Of a stretch of DNA of 64,000 nt, positions 27,526-41,129 are shown piece after piece. Location: assembly GCF_902652985.1 (NCBI RefSeq), contig NC_047019.1:42594001-42658000 (forward strand). The letters are read 5' to 3'. The notes beneath the pieces are model-generated. The model was not told where the DNA came from. It worked only from the letters and a program-made list of their open reading frames with translations, and did no database searches. The translations under genes were made by a program, and so were the position numbers. The stretch is from Pecten maximus (Eukaryota). How positions within the stretch are numbered: the stretch's first letter is position 1; every line of letters begins with the position of its first letter.

Positions 27526-28415
27526 GAACATGCTATCTACGTCCCAGGTTGAATACAGGAAAAAATATTTTATGCATGTCCCTGGTTGAATAGAGTAAAA
27601 AAGGAACATGTGATATATGTCCCAGGTTGAATACAGGAAAAAGGAACATGTTGTATACGTCCCTTGTTGAATACAGGAAAAGGGAACATGTTATATACGT
27701 CCCTTGTTGAATACAGGAAAAGGGGACATGTTATGTACGTCCCTTGCTGAATACAAGAAAAAGGAACATGTTATATACGTCCCTTGATGAATACAGGAAA
27801 AGGGAACATGTTATGTACGTCCCTTGATGAATACAGGAAAAAGGAACATGTTATGTACGTCCCTTGTTGAATACAGGAAAAAGGAACATGTTATGTATGC
27901 CCCTTGTTGAATACGGGAAAAAGGAATACGTTATGTACGCCCCTTGTTGAATACAGGAAAAAGGAATACGTTATGTACGTCCCTTGGTGAATACAGGAAA
28001 AAGGAATACGTTATGTACGTCCCTTGTTGAATACAGGAAAAAGGAATACGTTATGTACGTCCCTTGGTGAATACAGGAAAAAGGAATACGTTATGTACGT
28101 CCCTTGGTGAATACAGGGAAAGGGAACATGTTATGTACGCCCCTTGTTGAATACAGGAAAAAGGAATACGTTATGTACGTCCCTTGGTGAATACAGGGAA
28201 AGGGAACATGTTAGTCACGCCCCTTGGTGAATACAGGGAAAGGAACATGTTATGTACGTCCTAGGTTCAAAACAGGAAAAAGGAACATGTTGTATACGTC
28301 CCTTGATGAATACAGGAAAAAGGGAACATGTTATGTACGCCCCTTGTTGAATACAGGAAAGGGGAACATGTTATAGACGTCCCTGCTTGAATACAGGAAC
28401 ATGTTGAATACAGGG
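27526..28415. repeat. 40-bp minisatellite (GAACATGTTATGTACGTCCCTTGTTGAATACAGGAAAAAG), about 22 copies, running into the gap
   Basis: Directly visible. Confidence 0.96.
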
Positions 28416-31400
28416 ACAAGAGTAGAAGTGTAAGTCTTCTTAAAGGTCATATGAAGACGTTTGATAAGATGGATTGGATCAATGAATTCTTCGATGATGC
28501 GACAAAGATTTTCCGTAAGGCCGTGATATCATTAAAACGACTAATTATCCCTTAAAAGATTTAAACGAGTGGTGTCGCTTAAACGACTAAGTGATTTCAC
28601 AAAATGGGAATAAAAAGTAAAATGGTAACACTGGTTTAAACCAGGTATGCAGTATCTCGGGGGCGCGCAGATAGGTAGCTCCAAGGACTTGTACACAATC
28701 AATTGTTTGTCTATAAAATTTGGATTTTAAGAACAAACTAATACGTAAGATAGCGTCACACCATAACGTTACTTATTTTATAGCAATATTAGTACAGAGC
28801 ATGACGTTTGGAAGGCCATTCCAAGTTAGCATGTGTTACAAAAACCGTTTACCGATAGGTTTCTCGTTTCTTGTCTAGAACTTAAACCCTTGTGGCGCTG
28901 CAGACTTCGAGTCACAGATACTGCCTTCGTCTGTCAAAGTAGAGAGTCTGTGTTGGAGCATGAGCATTTTTTCGTGGTTAAGTATAACAATATAAATCAA
29001 TATCATAAACGGATCAATCATATCGTCTCTATTCCTAGGTTGGCCGGCACAGTGTTTAAAGACAAACAGGCCTATACTAGAACATATGGTGCTGATGTCG
29101 GGCGCGTGCTTCATAGAACACCATAGAAGTACTGTTTTCATTCAGGTTTGGTGCTTTGAAAAAAAATACAAGATGGAACTTCTATTTTCACGATTTTAGG
29201 CCTTCGGTCACATGCCTCTAATTTAAACAAAACATCCTCTATTCGAGAGACCTCTGAACTTCATGACTTCATATTCTGGCGTGGTCCAACTACCGTTTGA
29301 TGAGGAGTGGCCACCAACACCTTTTAAACACTCCCCTCACCAATAATGGGGTTTCGATCTTCCCAATGAATTCCGGCATGTGACCGTGTAACATTTAAAA
29401 GGAATTCTCGAGCAAGAAGGGCTCCATTTTTAGTAACCGGTACATTTACAATTCACTTGTTTCAGGGTTTAACAAAGTTGAAAATTGTCCTAAAGTATTA
29501 CACAGCATGCCGTCAATCGTCTGTCTGTGAAAGTCCAGAACAGCACACTGGAGTGAAGGCATCCAATAGAACTGTAGGCTGTCAATATATACATTGAACC
29601 CGTTATCATGGGTATATTGACAAACGAAGTGTATATAATTTAGTAAGAGGGTTTAACCAATTTGGGGAGGCGTGGGGTCCAAAGAAGAAATTTGTGTAAA
29701 ATTCTATAATTATTGTCCTGTAGAACAAAAGTTGATCCGTTTTATTTTTTATTGTGACATTCAAAGTGTACCAAGTTAAAACGTGTCGGATTTCTTAAGC
29801 ATTTAATCCCCCCCCCCCAAAAAAAAACCCCAACAACATTGCTGTCTTACGAAATGTGTAAACATCAGTTGAAGGAATGACCTTGAATATGGGTCAAGGT
29901 TATTTATTCTCGCAAAGTCGTCTAATTTCACACTACAAGATATAAGCCAAATGCATTGGCCTTTCAGTTAATCAGTGTTTTTTCAAAGTTAACCCCTGTA
30001 ACCTTAAGTATGGGTCAGTCATTTTTTCATGAAATTTGTTTCATCCCAGGAATCTACTAGCCAAGTATCATGCTTCTGAGCACTTAGGTTAATCTACAAT
30101 ATTGAACTCTTTGACCTTGAATATAGGTAAGGTCATTTACTTCCCCCAACTGTAATGCTTCATAAAGGAAACTGTAGTGGCACAATGTAATGACCTCTTG
30201 GTTATTGAAGAATTGTATGAATGAAAATGTTGACACATGACGATTGTACAACTAGACCTACACTTGGCCCTATAGGTCAGAGTGGCGTATATTTGCCATA
30301 TCATCAACCTGCAGTGATCCAAAACCTGGTATTAGTTCATCAAAATCAAGGATGTTTAAAGAAGTCATCAAGTAAAAGAACTCTGAATGAATTTTTATCA
30401 AGTGCTTGTATTTAAATGATATTGTGTGCTATTATTAAACCTTGTTTTAGCACCCAAAACTAAATAAACTTATGTACTTCCACAAAATGGTTCATGATTT
30501 AGGTAGTCTGGGTATAGACAACTACAGGTTGACCAGACAAATTCAGGCGAGTTGGTGAGACTGTCATTTGTGCCCTCATTCAAGACAATAAGTCTGAAAT
30601 CACTTCCAAATCCCCTTTGCTAGTTAACAACCAAAATACATTGTAGATTGACTATGGTCCTTCTGATCACAATGTACTTGTTGTAAAGAAGTATTAAAAA
30701 CAAAGGTAACAGCGTCATTCATTCAATATTGTATTACTTTTTTTTTGGACAAAATCTGCGATCACATAAAGGAATTCAAAAGGTTACATGACTTTGAAGG
30801 TGAAAAGCTGAAAAAGTATAAATAATCCACTCACACACACGATGAGACTTTTTCTGACGTCCTAATCAACAGACTGGACATACAGCAGGTCCATTATAGC
30901 ACTAGGTTGTACCGGTAGCTGAACAATTAATAGCATTATGTGAAATAAACTTCTGACAGTCAGTTTTTGATCAACAACTCAATGAACAGAACTAGTATTC
31001 TGTTTTTGTTCTAAACTCGACTAAACAAAACCCCCATCTGTATGTTTTTGACCAACACTTCCTCCCGATTATGGACTATTTAGACACAAAGTAATGGAAT
31101 ATTTTACTGAATGACAAGTATATCACAGTAAAGCTGGTAATTCAGCTAGGATACGTATAGCTGGGTAGTCCGTCCCTTCCTTTGTCTAGACAAACCATGA
31201 TCAGTACTACAAACAATTCTTTCATTAACAGTCAAACTTCCATTTTTGTTGGTTCACCAATAAGGGGACATTTGTAAGATTGGAGTATCCTCACAAATTG
31301 ATGAAATGGAAGGTTTTCTTCATAGTTTTTTTTGCAAGGTTGATTTGAATTGTGACAGATATCATGATGTTCCTCACAAGCCAATGAAAGTTCAATACAC

Positions 31401-31568
31401 ACATCAGCACTCGCCTTTCTTTCTCTTACACATCTACAAACATACTACATATTTCATCCCTAAACATTCTCTGAACAAAATCTAGAGCGCTCTCAAAACC
31501 AAAGGAGGGGGTTATATATAAAAAATGGAAGCAGTCATGAATGTCCTTTCAATGATTTTTTCATTACT

Positions 31569-34500
31569 TTAGTCATCATCCCAGTTCTTGTTCTCCTTTG
31601 CCTTTGGTCCACCAGCTGGCTTAGCCATGATGATCTGTAAACATACAACATTCTGTATCAAACATTGAAAGTTGGAGGCGGGGAACTTCTCCTTTATCAG
31701 ATGTGTTAAATCTTAAGGTATATCTTCTATATTTTATATCTTAGAGCAGGAAATATTTGTAAAATCACTAGTTACATCTCCTGTTTGATGTCTTAGTGCA
31801 GGGAATATTGGTAAAATAAGGTATATATCTTTATCTTATGTCTGAGCAGGGAATAATCATTATGTATTTTACCTGGTCCACTTTGAGTACAGTGCAGGCA
31901 GCTGCAGTGGCAAACTTGATTCCCCAGTATTTGTTGATATACAGATCTAAGATTTCCTTTTCCACAGCATCGGCTACATCTACTGGACTGGCCTGAATGG
32001 AAGGTAACCATGTATAAAGTTAATTTCAGAACACAATTGGAAAATACTATTGTCACTCTTTTCTGCCAAATGAACTACATTTTTTTCTAGTCTATGTTTT
32101 ATTTCCAAATAATAAATGATTTTTCTTAACCCTACCTAATCAGAAAATATTAAAAGCTCTTCAGCGACCAAAAGTTGCAAGGATGTAATAAAACATTTTA
32201 AACTGATGGACTTTAAAACTTACAGAAGTACTGTGTACTTTAGAAATGTGGATTTATTTTATCATACAATTACCATTATTGTTATAACACATATCTGGAC
32301 TATTACCTCTATGTCCACTCCAACATTCTTTTTACCCTCCTGGTGAGCAGCGTAGAGTTTTGACAATACCTCTGTTGCCTGTAATAACAATTGTATGGTT
32401 AGTTAGTTTACATTTGGAATGAGGCCTTCAATTGTTTTTATTAAAATGTTCATAAAAATTTCTTCGAAGATCTGCCATTTGCATCTTTCCCCAATAGACA
32501 GGTCATAGCAGACTACAACAAGGCCAGGGGGCAATGGGAGAGTTTGATCAAGGGGAACAACCCTTACAACAGTTTTTCAAGGCTCATCACTGCAGTGAAA
32601 ATATAAGTTATATCAGTTTAATGATAATCTTCTATATTTCACAGGCAAAAATGTAATAAACATGTTTATCATATGTAGCATTTAAACTGTTTGGTAAAGT
32701 ATGGTGTGGGTCACTTTTGTTGTAAATAGCACTTGTAGCTTATCTACAGTTCTGAGGATGTCATGTGGTTATCACAGGAAGGCCCCCAACTTTTACCCTC
32801 CATAGTCGTTAAGATTTAAGTAATACAGATGTCTGTTGCAGCTGTTCTATTTAACTATTTGGTCATACATTTAACACATTCCTTGTATATTTTCACACCT
32901 CAATTTCACAACACTGGTACTGTCCATCTCACTGTTCAGCTTCAGGAACAAACAATTTATTTGAAGAAGATTTTAACCTCTTCCAAACATGATCATTTCC
33001 CACCCTCTGTTATGCTCTTGACTAAAATGTTGTATCTATGCAAACTGAACTTTTCACTTATTAAAACAGCTTTCTTTAATATATAACTATATATGATTGA
33101 TGAAGATGTATTGGCGTCAATTTATGATGAACTTGTAAATGTTACTTACCTTTGCCCCTGCATTCTCCGATATAGCTCGTGGAATTACTTCTAAAGATTC
33201 AGCAAACTTCATAATGGCATATTGCTCTAGACCAGGTTGACCCTTCAAAACCAAAATTCTTAGTTACTTCTGTATCTATAATGACTCTTTAAATTAGTAC
33301 TAAAATACCTAGGCCTGTTTGATTTTTTAATATATTTCAAGCATATATCTTGACAGACCTGCTGATATTAATGCATGCCATGAAAGTCCAAATGTTTATA
33401 TCATGATTAAACAAATATGGCCCCGGTTTTGGTTATTATTGTACAGGATTTGTATTTATTAGATATTTTTTAGCTATATTTGCGGTTTGGAAAATAAGGG
33501 AAACATCAAAATTGAATGTGTTGATTTTGCGAGTCAGTTGGTATTGATAGTCAAAAGGGCAGTAATGTAACTTCATCATTAACAAAGAGAGCTCATTTTC
33601 AAATCTCATTCTGATCATGGCATTGTCCATATAATGATCACCTGTCATATAAATTTCCGTTTGTTCCCTGTGAAACCTATTGTGACCGGGGACAATACTG
33701 ACCCTATAAAATTGATATAAAGAGATAGATACAGTACTCATTACAAATAAATAAGGATTTCAACTATACACACCTCTCCATATGTAGTCAATTGTTTGGC
33801 CAATTCTATTTCCGTGGCACCAGCTCCTGGTACAACTCTAACATCCTGCGAGTAATTAATGCAAATTATATTTTTCCTCAATCTAAATATATACTACAGT
33901 ATTAGAATTCATCGTATTTGAAAACAAAAATGTTGACTCTTCGAAGATATTTCAAGTTATCATTAGCTTCAGAAAAGGTTTTATGAAGCTGTTGCCCTTA
34001 CCTTTGTTAATGCCTTGAATGTATTGACACCGTCATCAACAGCACGAACAACATCATCTAGGATATTATCTGTGGAGCCTCGGACAATGATGGTCGACAC
34101 AGCACTCTCCTCCTTGTCTGCCAAGGCAATAATGATCTTATATATCAGAAGAATGAACTTAGCTTACAAAATATCAAGACAATTTATGTGAACATAACTT
34201 ATACTTTAAATCAGTTTTCAATAATAATAAAAAAAAAAGAGTTTTAATTTATATATTCCAGGAGAAATGTACAGAAAAGGAAATAAATATCTTATAGAAC
34301 CTTAGCTGAGAAAGCTCTTGTTTATATACCTTGTTTGAACACAATAACCGAAGTGTCTCCTATCTCATCTACAAACACATGATCACAGTATCCACTTTCA
34401 TCTGTCGTTGGTGGGGTCTGAAATATTGTACAAAATTAATCTATATTACCAAGTCAATCTCAAAACAAAATACACTTTCTCTCAATCAAAATATTCTGTT

Positions 34501-37500
34501 AATTAATTGTATACACCTAAGTGATTTACAGCAATAAAACTGTTGATACTTACAATCCTAGGAAGGGGTGTGGCTCCTATAGACTTGCATAGTCTCCTCA
34601 GGTCCCACTTAGACATAAGCCTCACTACCATCAGCTGGTATTTGTTACAGAAATGGAGAGCAAGCTCTCCTACCTTTCCTCCAGATACCACCACTTTACA
34701 GCCAGTATCAGCTATAGCTTTAATTTGCTGTGAAAAGAAAAAAACGTCTTTTTAAAAAGATGTTTTTAAATAAAATGTCCAACTGGTAATTTGACATTTT
34801 TTATGAACATAATGAAATTTTTTTGGAACATGCTTCACCATTAGATGATAAATGTCTGTTACTGAAGTTGACTAAGTAATTTTTGCTAACAGCATCTGAT
34901 CGATTTCAAAAACAAAGAATTTACAACTTACTTCTTCCATTAAATTTTCTTCTCCTTTGCTAAATGCTAGCAGTTCGTCAGCAGACCTGATGGATATTTT
35001 ACCCTAAAAAAGACCCACACATTATGTTTAGTAATATATATCATTAAATAGGTATGATCATTAAGCAAGAAATACATTAATACATTAACTGTTACAGAGC
35101 ACAAAATGGATATTTTTACCAGGTGGCCTATTTGGCTACCAAGTCATAAAAGATTAACACAATCGCAAATTCACAAAAACATTTTAGGGGCCATACAGAC
35201 GCCTTACAGGTCAATAACTGGTCGCCAATGGTGAATTTAAGGCGCCATTGCCACTTAAATAGGTGCCACTTTGAGCCTTGGAACAAACCTTAAAATTGTG
35301 CATAAATTTATCAACATCATATGTTTGATGTGAAGCTATAGGCTGGATAGATTATTGTGGCATTTTGCCTAATTTGATACCTACAGTATACCGATAAAAT
35401 AGCAGATGCCCATAGGTCACCTGGCTACTCCGGTGACCTAAAATATCAATATCAAAAGTGATTTCCTAGTCAGACAATAACAATTAAGTAACAAGAGGCT
35501 CAGAGAGCCTGCATCGCTCACATGGATATTTCAGTAATTATGGCAGAATACTCATTTGAGTTATATTAAAAAAAATTTCCTTCTATTTTTGAACTGCCTC
35601 TCCCAACAATGGTCAAGTTACAGGTGGACCAAATCTTGTCATTCTTGAAAAAGCAAAAGGATTCGAAAGTTTTTTACTCTATTTCCCCAATATGACCCAG
35701 CCCCTCTTGGGCCAAGGGAAAGACATCCTCTGTTTATACACAAGATCTCCTTTGCCCAATAATGCTCCAGACCAAATTTCATAAAAATCCATTCAGGCAT
35801 TCAGGATTAGTAGGGATTTTAAGGATTTACTTCGATTACCCTATTGGGCCCAAGGTGAGCCAAAAATTGATGGAAATTCCAGTTGGTTCTTACCGAAGTT
35901 TCTGTCTGCATGGAATCAAGGGGACAGGAGTAGACAACCACTTTACAGTTCTCTGCCTTGGTTAGGTCTCCCTCTACCAGACGTTTAAACACCATTCCTC
36001 TTATCACTGTGGAGTTGTTGATTCCACTCCCCTACAAAGGTCAAATTTATACACATAAAAGTCTACAAAGGTCAAATTTATACACGTAAAATTCCACATG
36101 TCTACACCATATATATATTTCATACGAGTTTTATACAGTTTAATATTATACATTATTTTCCAGGGTACTGGGTAATTATGATCGGATAGTAGTTGATAAT
36201 GAAGTAAATGTGATACATCTTCATCTTCTAGATTTACCATAATTAAAGGTTAATTTTGATGAATGACGCTGTAATTAAAGACTTACCAGAATTTTGGAGG
36301 TTCTGACATTATCTACATTGAAGCTCACTTTCTGAGGTAAAATGGATACTGAAAGTCAATAAAAGTCGCATGTAAATCTTAATATTTAATCATTTTCACA
36401 TGGTGAGGCAATTGCTTGAATCATCTCTAAAATATATAAAGCAGCCAATATTATATACAGCCCTATGGTAAGCAGCATTTCCTGTGTCCATACCATATTT
36501 AATCTTGCTGTTCTCTTGTGTCTTTCGTACAGTCCTTTGAAGAAAGAGTGCTTGTAAAATATGTCTTCATTCATAATGATTCTAAATCAAATGTTAATAA
36601 TGAAGCAAGGTATGCCATATTTACCGAGAACATAAAGGTACCAAAGTTTTACTGTAAACAGATGGGCCCCTAGAATTATTTTCTTGGCTGGTGGTAGTGC
36701 ATCCTTGCCCCGACCTCTCCAAATTTTGACAATTTTTAGTGCCTATACTTACTGCAGGCATCCACAACAAGGTTTGCCAGGAAGTCTTCATTTCCATACT
36801 GCTTGCTCATTATAGCAGATTTGACAATCTTTTGAACATCTGCTTTATTTCTCAGGTTCTTTATTTCTCCACAAACAAGATCTAAAACAAACAAGCACAG
36901 CCGCTGATTAATTTGGAAACCTAACTAAATGTTTAATCTGTAAAATACATACATATTTCAGTGGCCCCATTATTTTAGCACTTTTCACACTCTTGAAATT
37001 GACCACTACAAGTTTTAAGAAGAATAAAGAGAAAGCTTTGTGAGTTTGACAGGGACGGTTGATACAATTATTTTATGAAACAACTTGTTTTATTTTTTAT
37101 CGAACATATTTTTTTCATTTCAGATTTTTTTGTTTACCATTATAAAGTATCATACCTGGAAGGAGATCTTGAGCTTTCTTAGCAGCTAACTCATATCCAT
37201 CAGTCACCTCTGTCACAGACAAACCCTACAAACACGATAAATATTGCGATGTTAAATCACACAGCAAGGCAATATACAAATTGATCAAACCAGATTGTAA
37301 TTAGAAACAAAACAGAATTACTTCCTTTTCTTTTAATAATCACTTATAAATTATACTGTTTCAATACGGTAATCATTGTATGCAGTTTTTCATAAAAAAT
37401 CTGCTTCTGCTTACAATGCAGTTTTTTGTACTTGTATTAATGGAATGCTACTCTGTGTTTTGATAATGACAATGCACAGGGAAAAGATCCCCTAAAAGTA

Positions 37501-40500
37501 CAAATGTCTGAAGTAACACATTTTATACTGTGTTGAATTTAACATTACAAAGTCATAAAGGAAAAGTCTGAAATCTGATTTTTCTGGATGAAAATGAAAC
37601 CTACCATCCTCAGCAGACTTTCTGCCTGCTCCAAGAGAGCTCCAGCAAAGACAAGAGTGAAGTTGGTACCATCTCCAACTTCCTGCTCCTGTTGATGTGA
37701 TGCAATTACCAACATCTTGGCTGCTGGGTGCTGAACCTCCAGTTCTCGTAGGATGGTGGCAGCATCATTGGTCACAAAGAGCTTTTCTAACTGGTTGATG
37801 ACCATCTTATTCTGGCCTGTAACATGAAATATTACACAAAACTTTGTTTACACTTCATTACATATTTTACACAGCCTACTTCCATCATAAAGAATTGTCT
37901 GAATTTCTTCTATGTGTTTGCCGACATTGCAATTTTAATACCCTACTAATTGGTTATTCATCTTCAACTAGAAACTTAAACGTTAATAAACAGTAGTTTG
38001 ACAGTCAGACTATTGTAATTTTAAACCTCTGCTAATTCATCTTCAACTAGTAACTTAAACATTAATTAAATAACAGTAGTTTGATAGACTAGATAAATCT
38101 TCATGAGCTTTAACACTGTAACATGTAGATCTCCCATAAAAAGACTGGGCTGTTACCGAAATACCTTGGACTGTCCTGTTCATGCTACAAATCTTACCTA
38201 GTGGGCCCAAGGCTGATCGTGTGGTCCTCGCTAACTCCTTACAAGCGTCTATGTTCCGATAGACAGCCTCTTCTAGTCCACTATAGTGCTACATGATTAA
38301 AAGAGAAACACATTTGATAAAGTTACCATTTCAATTTTCGAAATTATCCGTGTTTCCTGCGATGGAATAAATAAACATAATTGCACAGAAAATCCACAAA
38401 ACCCTACTGCTGTGCAATTCGCACCGAAATATTCTGCCACACCTCCACTTCATTCAGATATCATACACATGTGACACCACAGACAACCATAAACAGATCA
38501 TAGCATGGCGAGTGATTAGGTTATTAGTTTTGCTGTGATGATATAACTAGTTAATGAAATCAGAATATAAACAAGAGATCCCAGAGGAATCTTGGCGCCC
38601 ACCATTGAATGATCTTCATAGGTTCCATGTCAGATTGATCTTTTCTCTACTTTTCCCTTCATTTTATATATTAATTACTAATCTGTGCAAATTGAGACAT
38701 CCCTCCAGTACTTTTCAAACAAGGGAATCCTAGCTATATAAGAAATTTGAGATTTAACGATAATGGCTGTTTGTTTGCCAGGTTGTTTTCAGGACAGACT
38801 GGTCCAAAAATGCAATACAAGGGACCAAGGGGAACCTACTTATGAAATTTGAGAAAGATCCATTCAGTACTTTGAGAAATAGAGATAACAAACTTCAATT
38901 GTCAAAATCCAAGATGGCGGTCTGTCGGCCATATTGTTTTCCAATTGATCTCAAAATGCAATAAGCATAACGAGGCACCAAGGGGAACCTCAATTCGAAA
39001 TTTGAGAAAGATCCCTTCAGTACTTTCTCAGAAATAGCGATAACAAACTTCAATTGTCAAAATCCAAGATGGCTGCCTGTCGGCCATGTTATTTTCAGAT
39101 TGGTCTCAAAATGCAACATGCATAACTAAGCACCAAGGGAAACTTACATATGAAATTTGAGAAAGATCACTTCAGTACTTTCTCAGAAATAGCGATAACA
39201 AACTTCAATTGTCAAAATCCAAGATGGCTGCCTGACGGCCATGTTGTTATCCGATTGGTCTCAAATCGCAATATGCATAACTATGCACCAAGGGGAACCT
39301 ACATATGAAATTTGAGAAAGATCCCTTCAGTACTTTCTCAGAAATAGTGATAACAAACTTCAATTGTCAAAATCCAAGATGGCTGCCTGTCGGCCATGTT
39401 GTTATCCGATTGGTCTCAAAATGCAATATGCATAACTAGGCACCAAGGGGAACCTTCATATGAAATTTGAGAAAGATCCCTTCAGTACTTTCTCAGAAAT
39501 AGCGATAACAAACTTCAATTGTCAAAATCCAAGATGGCTGCCTGTCGGCCATGTTATTTTCAGATTGGTCTCAAAACGCAATATGCATAACTAGGCACCA
39601 AGGGGAACCTACATATGAAATTTGAGAAAGATCCCTTCAGTACTTTCTGAGAAATAGCGATAACAAGAATTGTTTACGGACGGAGGGACGGAGGGACGGA
39701 CGGACGACGGACCACGGACGCAGGGCGATTTGAATAGCCCACCATCATCAGATGGTGGGCTAAAAACTTAAAAAATATTACACACAAAAATGAACTCACT
39801 CATGCACAAAGTCACATCAATATGAGCACCACATACAGGGCAGTGTAACAATATTTCCACATTTACTGATAGGCAACTTTTTATGATGTTTACTATCTTG
39901 ATGTGTCCTCATTTTCTCAATGAATCCAATTTCAGTGGCCCATTAGCTAATCGCTATCTCAGAGAGTCGTGTCAGTCATTTTTTGTTTTTTGTTTGTGAA
40001 CAGATTGCCTGTGCATGCTTGTACTGAAAGGCTTAGGCAGTGAACAATTTTCGCACTTACCTGAATTTACATTTTCAAAGCTTTAATTTTTACTAGTTGA
40101 TGAAAATACAAGATTCTCGTTTATATTTATCCTTATAGGATAAACTCATTTCAACGATATAATGCCCCATCAACGATGCATAAACACAGGTTAAGTTATT
40201 ATCTGGGAGTGCTACCTTTTGATCACTGCCAAAAACAGATTTTTTTAACTACAGAAAGGGGAGGTGGTGACATTAGATGGAAATCAGTGGGTCTCTTAGT
40301 GTAGAACTTCGCGTTGAGTATGGATACCTCAGAGGTATGCCGGGCAGTTAGAGCAAATAAACTATGTGTAGTTATAAACAAGGGATGATAAGATTTGTCC
40401 TGATGAAGACCCTGTGATAGGGTCGAAACTAGTAGACCAATAAAATCTTGGCAATGCTCGAGAATGTTGTGGTTACTATCCCTTGTTTATAAGATCTTTT

Positions 40501-41093
40501 TTAGATCATAAAATGTCAGCCCTTTCAAACATACACCAATTGCAATCTGTCACGGATTTGTTTGTCAAATGTTGAAAACATCCAACAAGCTAAATCAGCA
40601 CTGGGACTTGATAAACATGGCAATTTTTTTTTTGATTGTCATATTCGAAAACTTGAATTGTGTTACATTGTTGGCAAACAACAGAAAATGAAGACTAATG
40701 TCATAAAATCTATAAATAAGTATGTTGTCCCGATTATCAATTATAATTGATATCTAATCAGAAAGGCAACTGATTCCTGATGATAGATTGAGACATTGGT
40801 TTTAAAAACCAGAAGTGCAAGTTATACTTTCACTTAAAAGAGAATGGAAGTTCTATGTCATTTAACTCTCAACTGCAACTTCTTACCAATCATGCTATTT
40901 GACTATAATTAATTGCCAAAAAAAAAATATATAACTGTTTAGCAATAAAGATTATAACGTTGAAAAGGTGAAATGGAAAAATAAAGATATGAAATTACTT
41001 GGGGCAAACTTGGCTTCTGAAAAATGGGTTTATTCAACCCCGGAGAAAAGGAAAAGTTTTACAATTACTGAATCTTTTCTTACACTATGACAA

Positions 41094-41129
<36 letters not shown>

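Noticed and set aside
153-28415. CRISPR-like appearance of the regular repeats
   Set aside because: Units are head-to-tail with no unique spacers, no cas genes, and the context is eukaryotic.
28833-29141. Overlapping short ORFs as the missing GPCR 5' exon
   Set aside because: No TM1 with the GN motif and no recognisable homology.
32440-32600. C-box GTGATGA on the - strand in CCT8 intron 13, and an H/ACA-like layout near 36590-36720
   Set aside because: No D box at a suitable distance, and the hairpins and pockets are unconvincing by eye.
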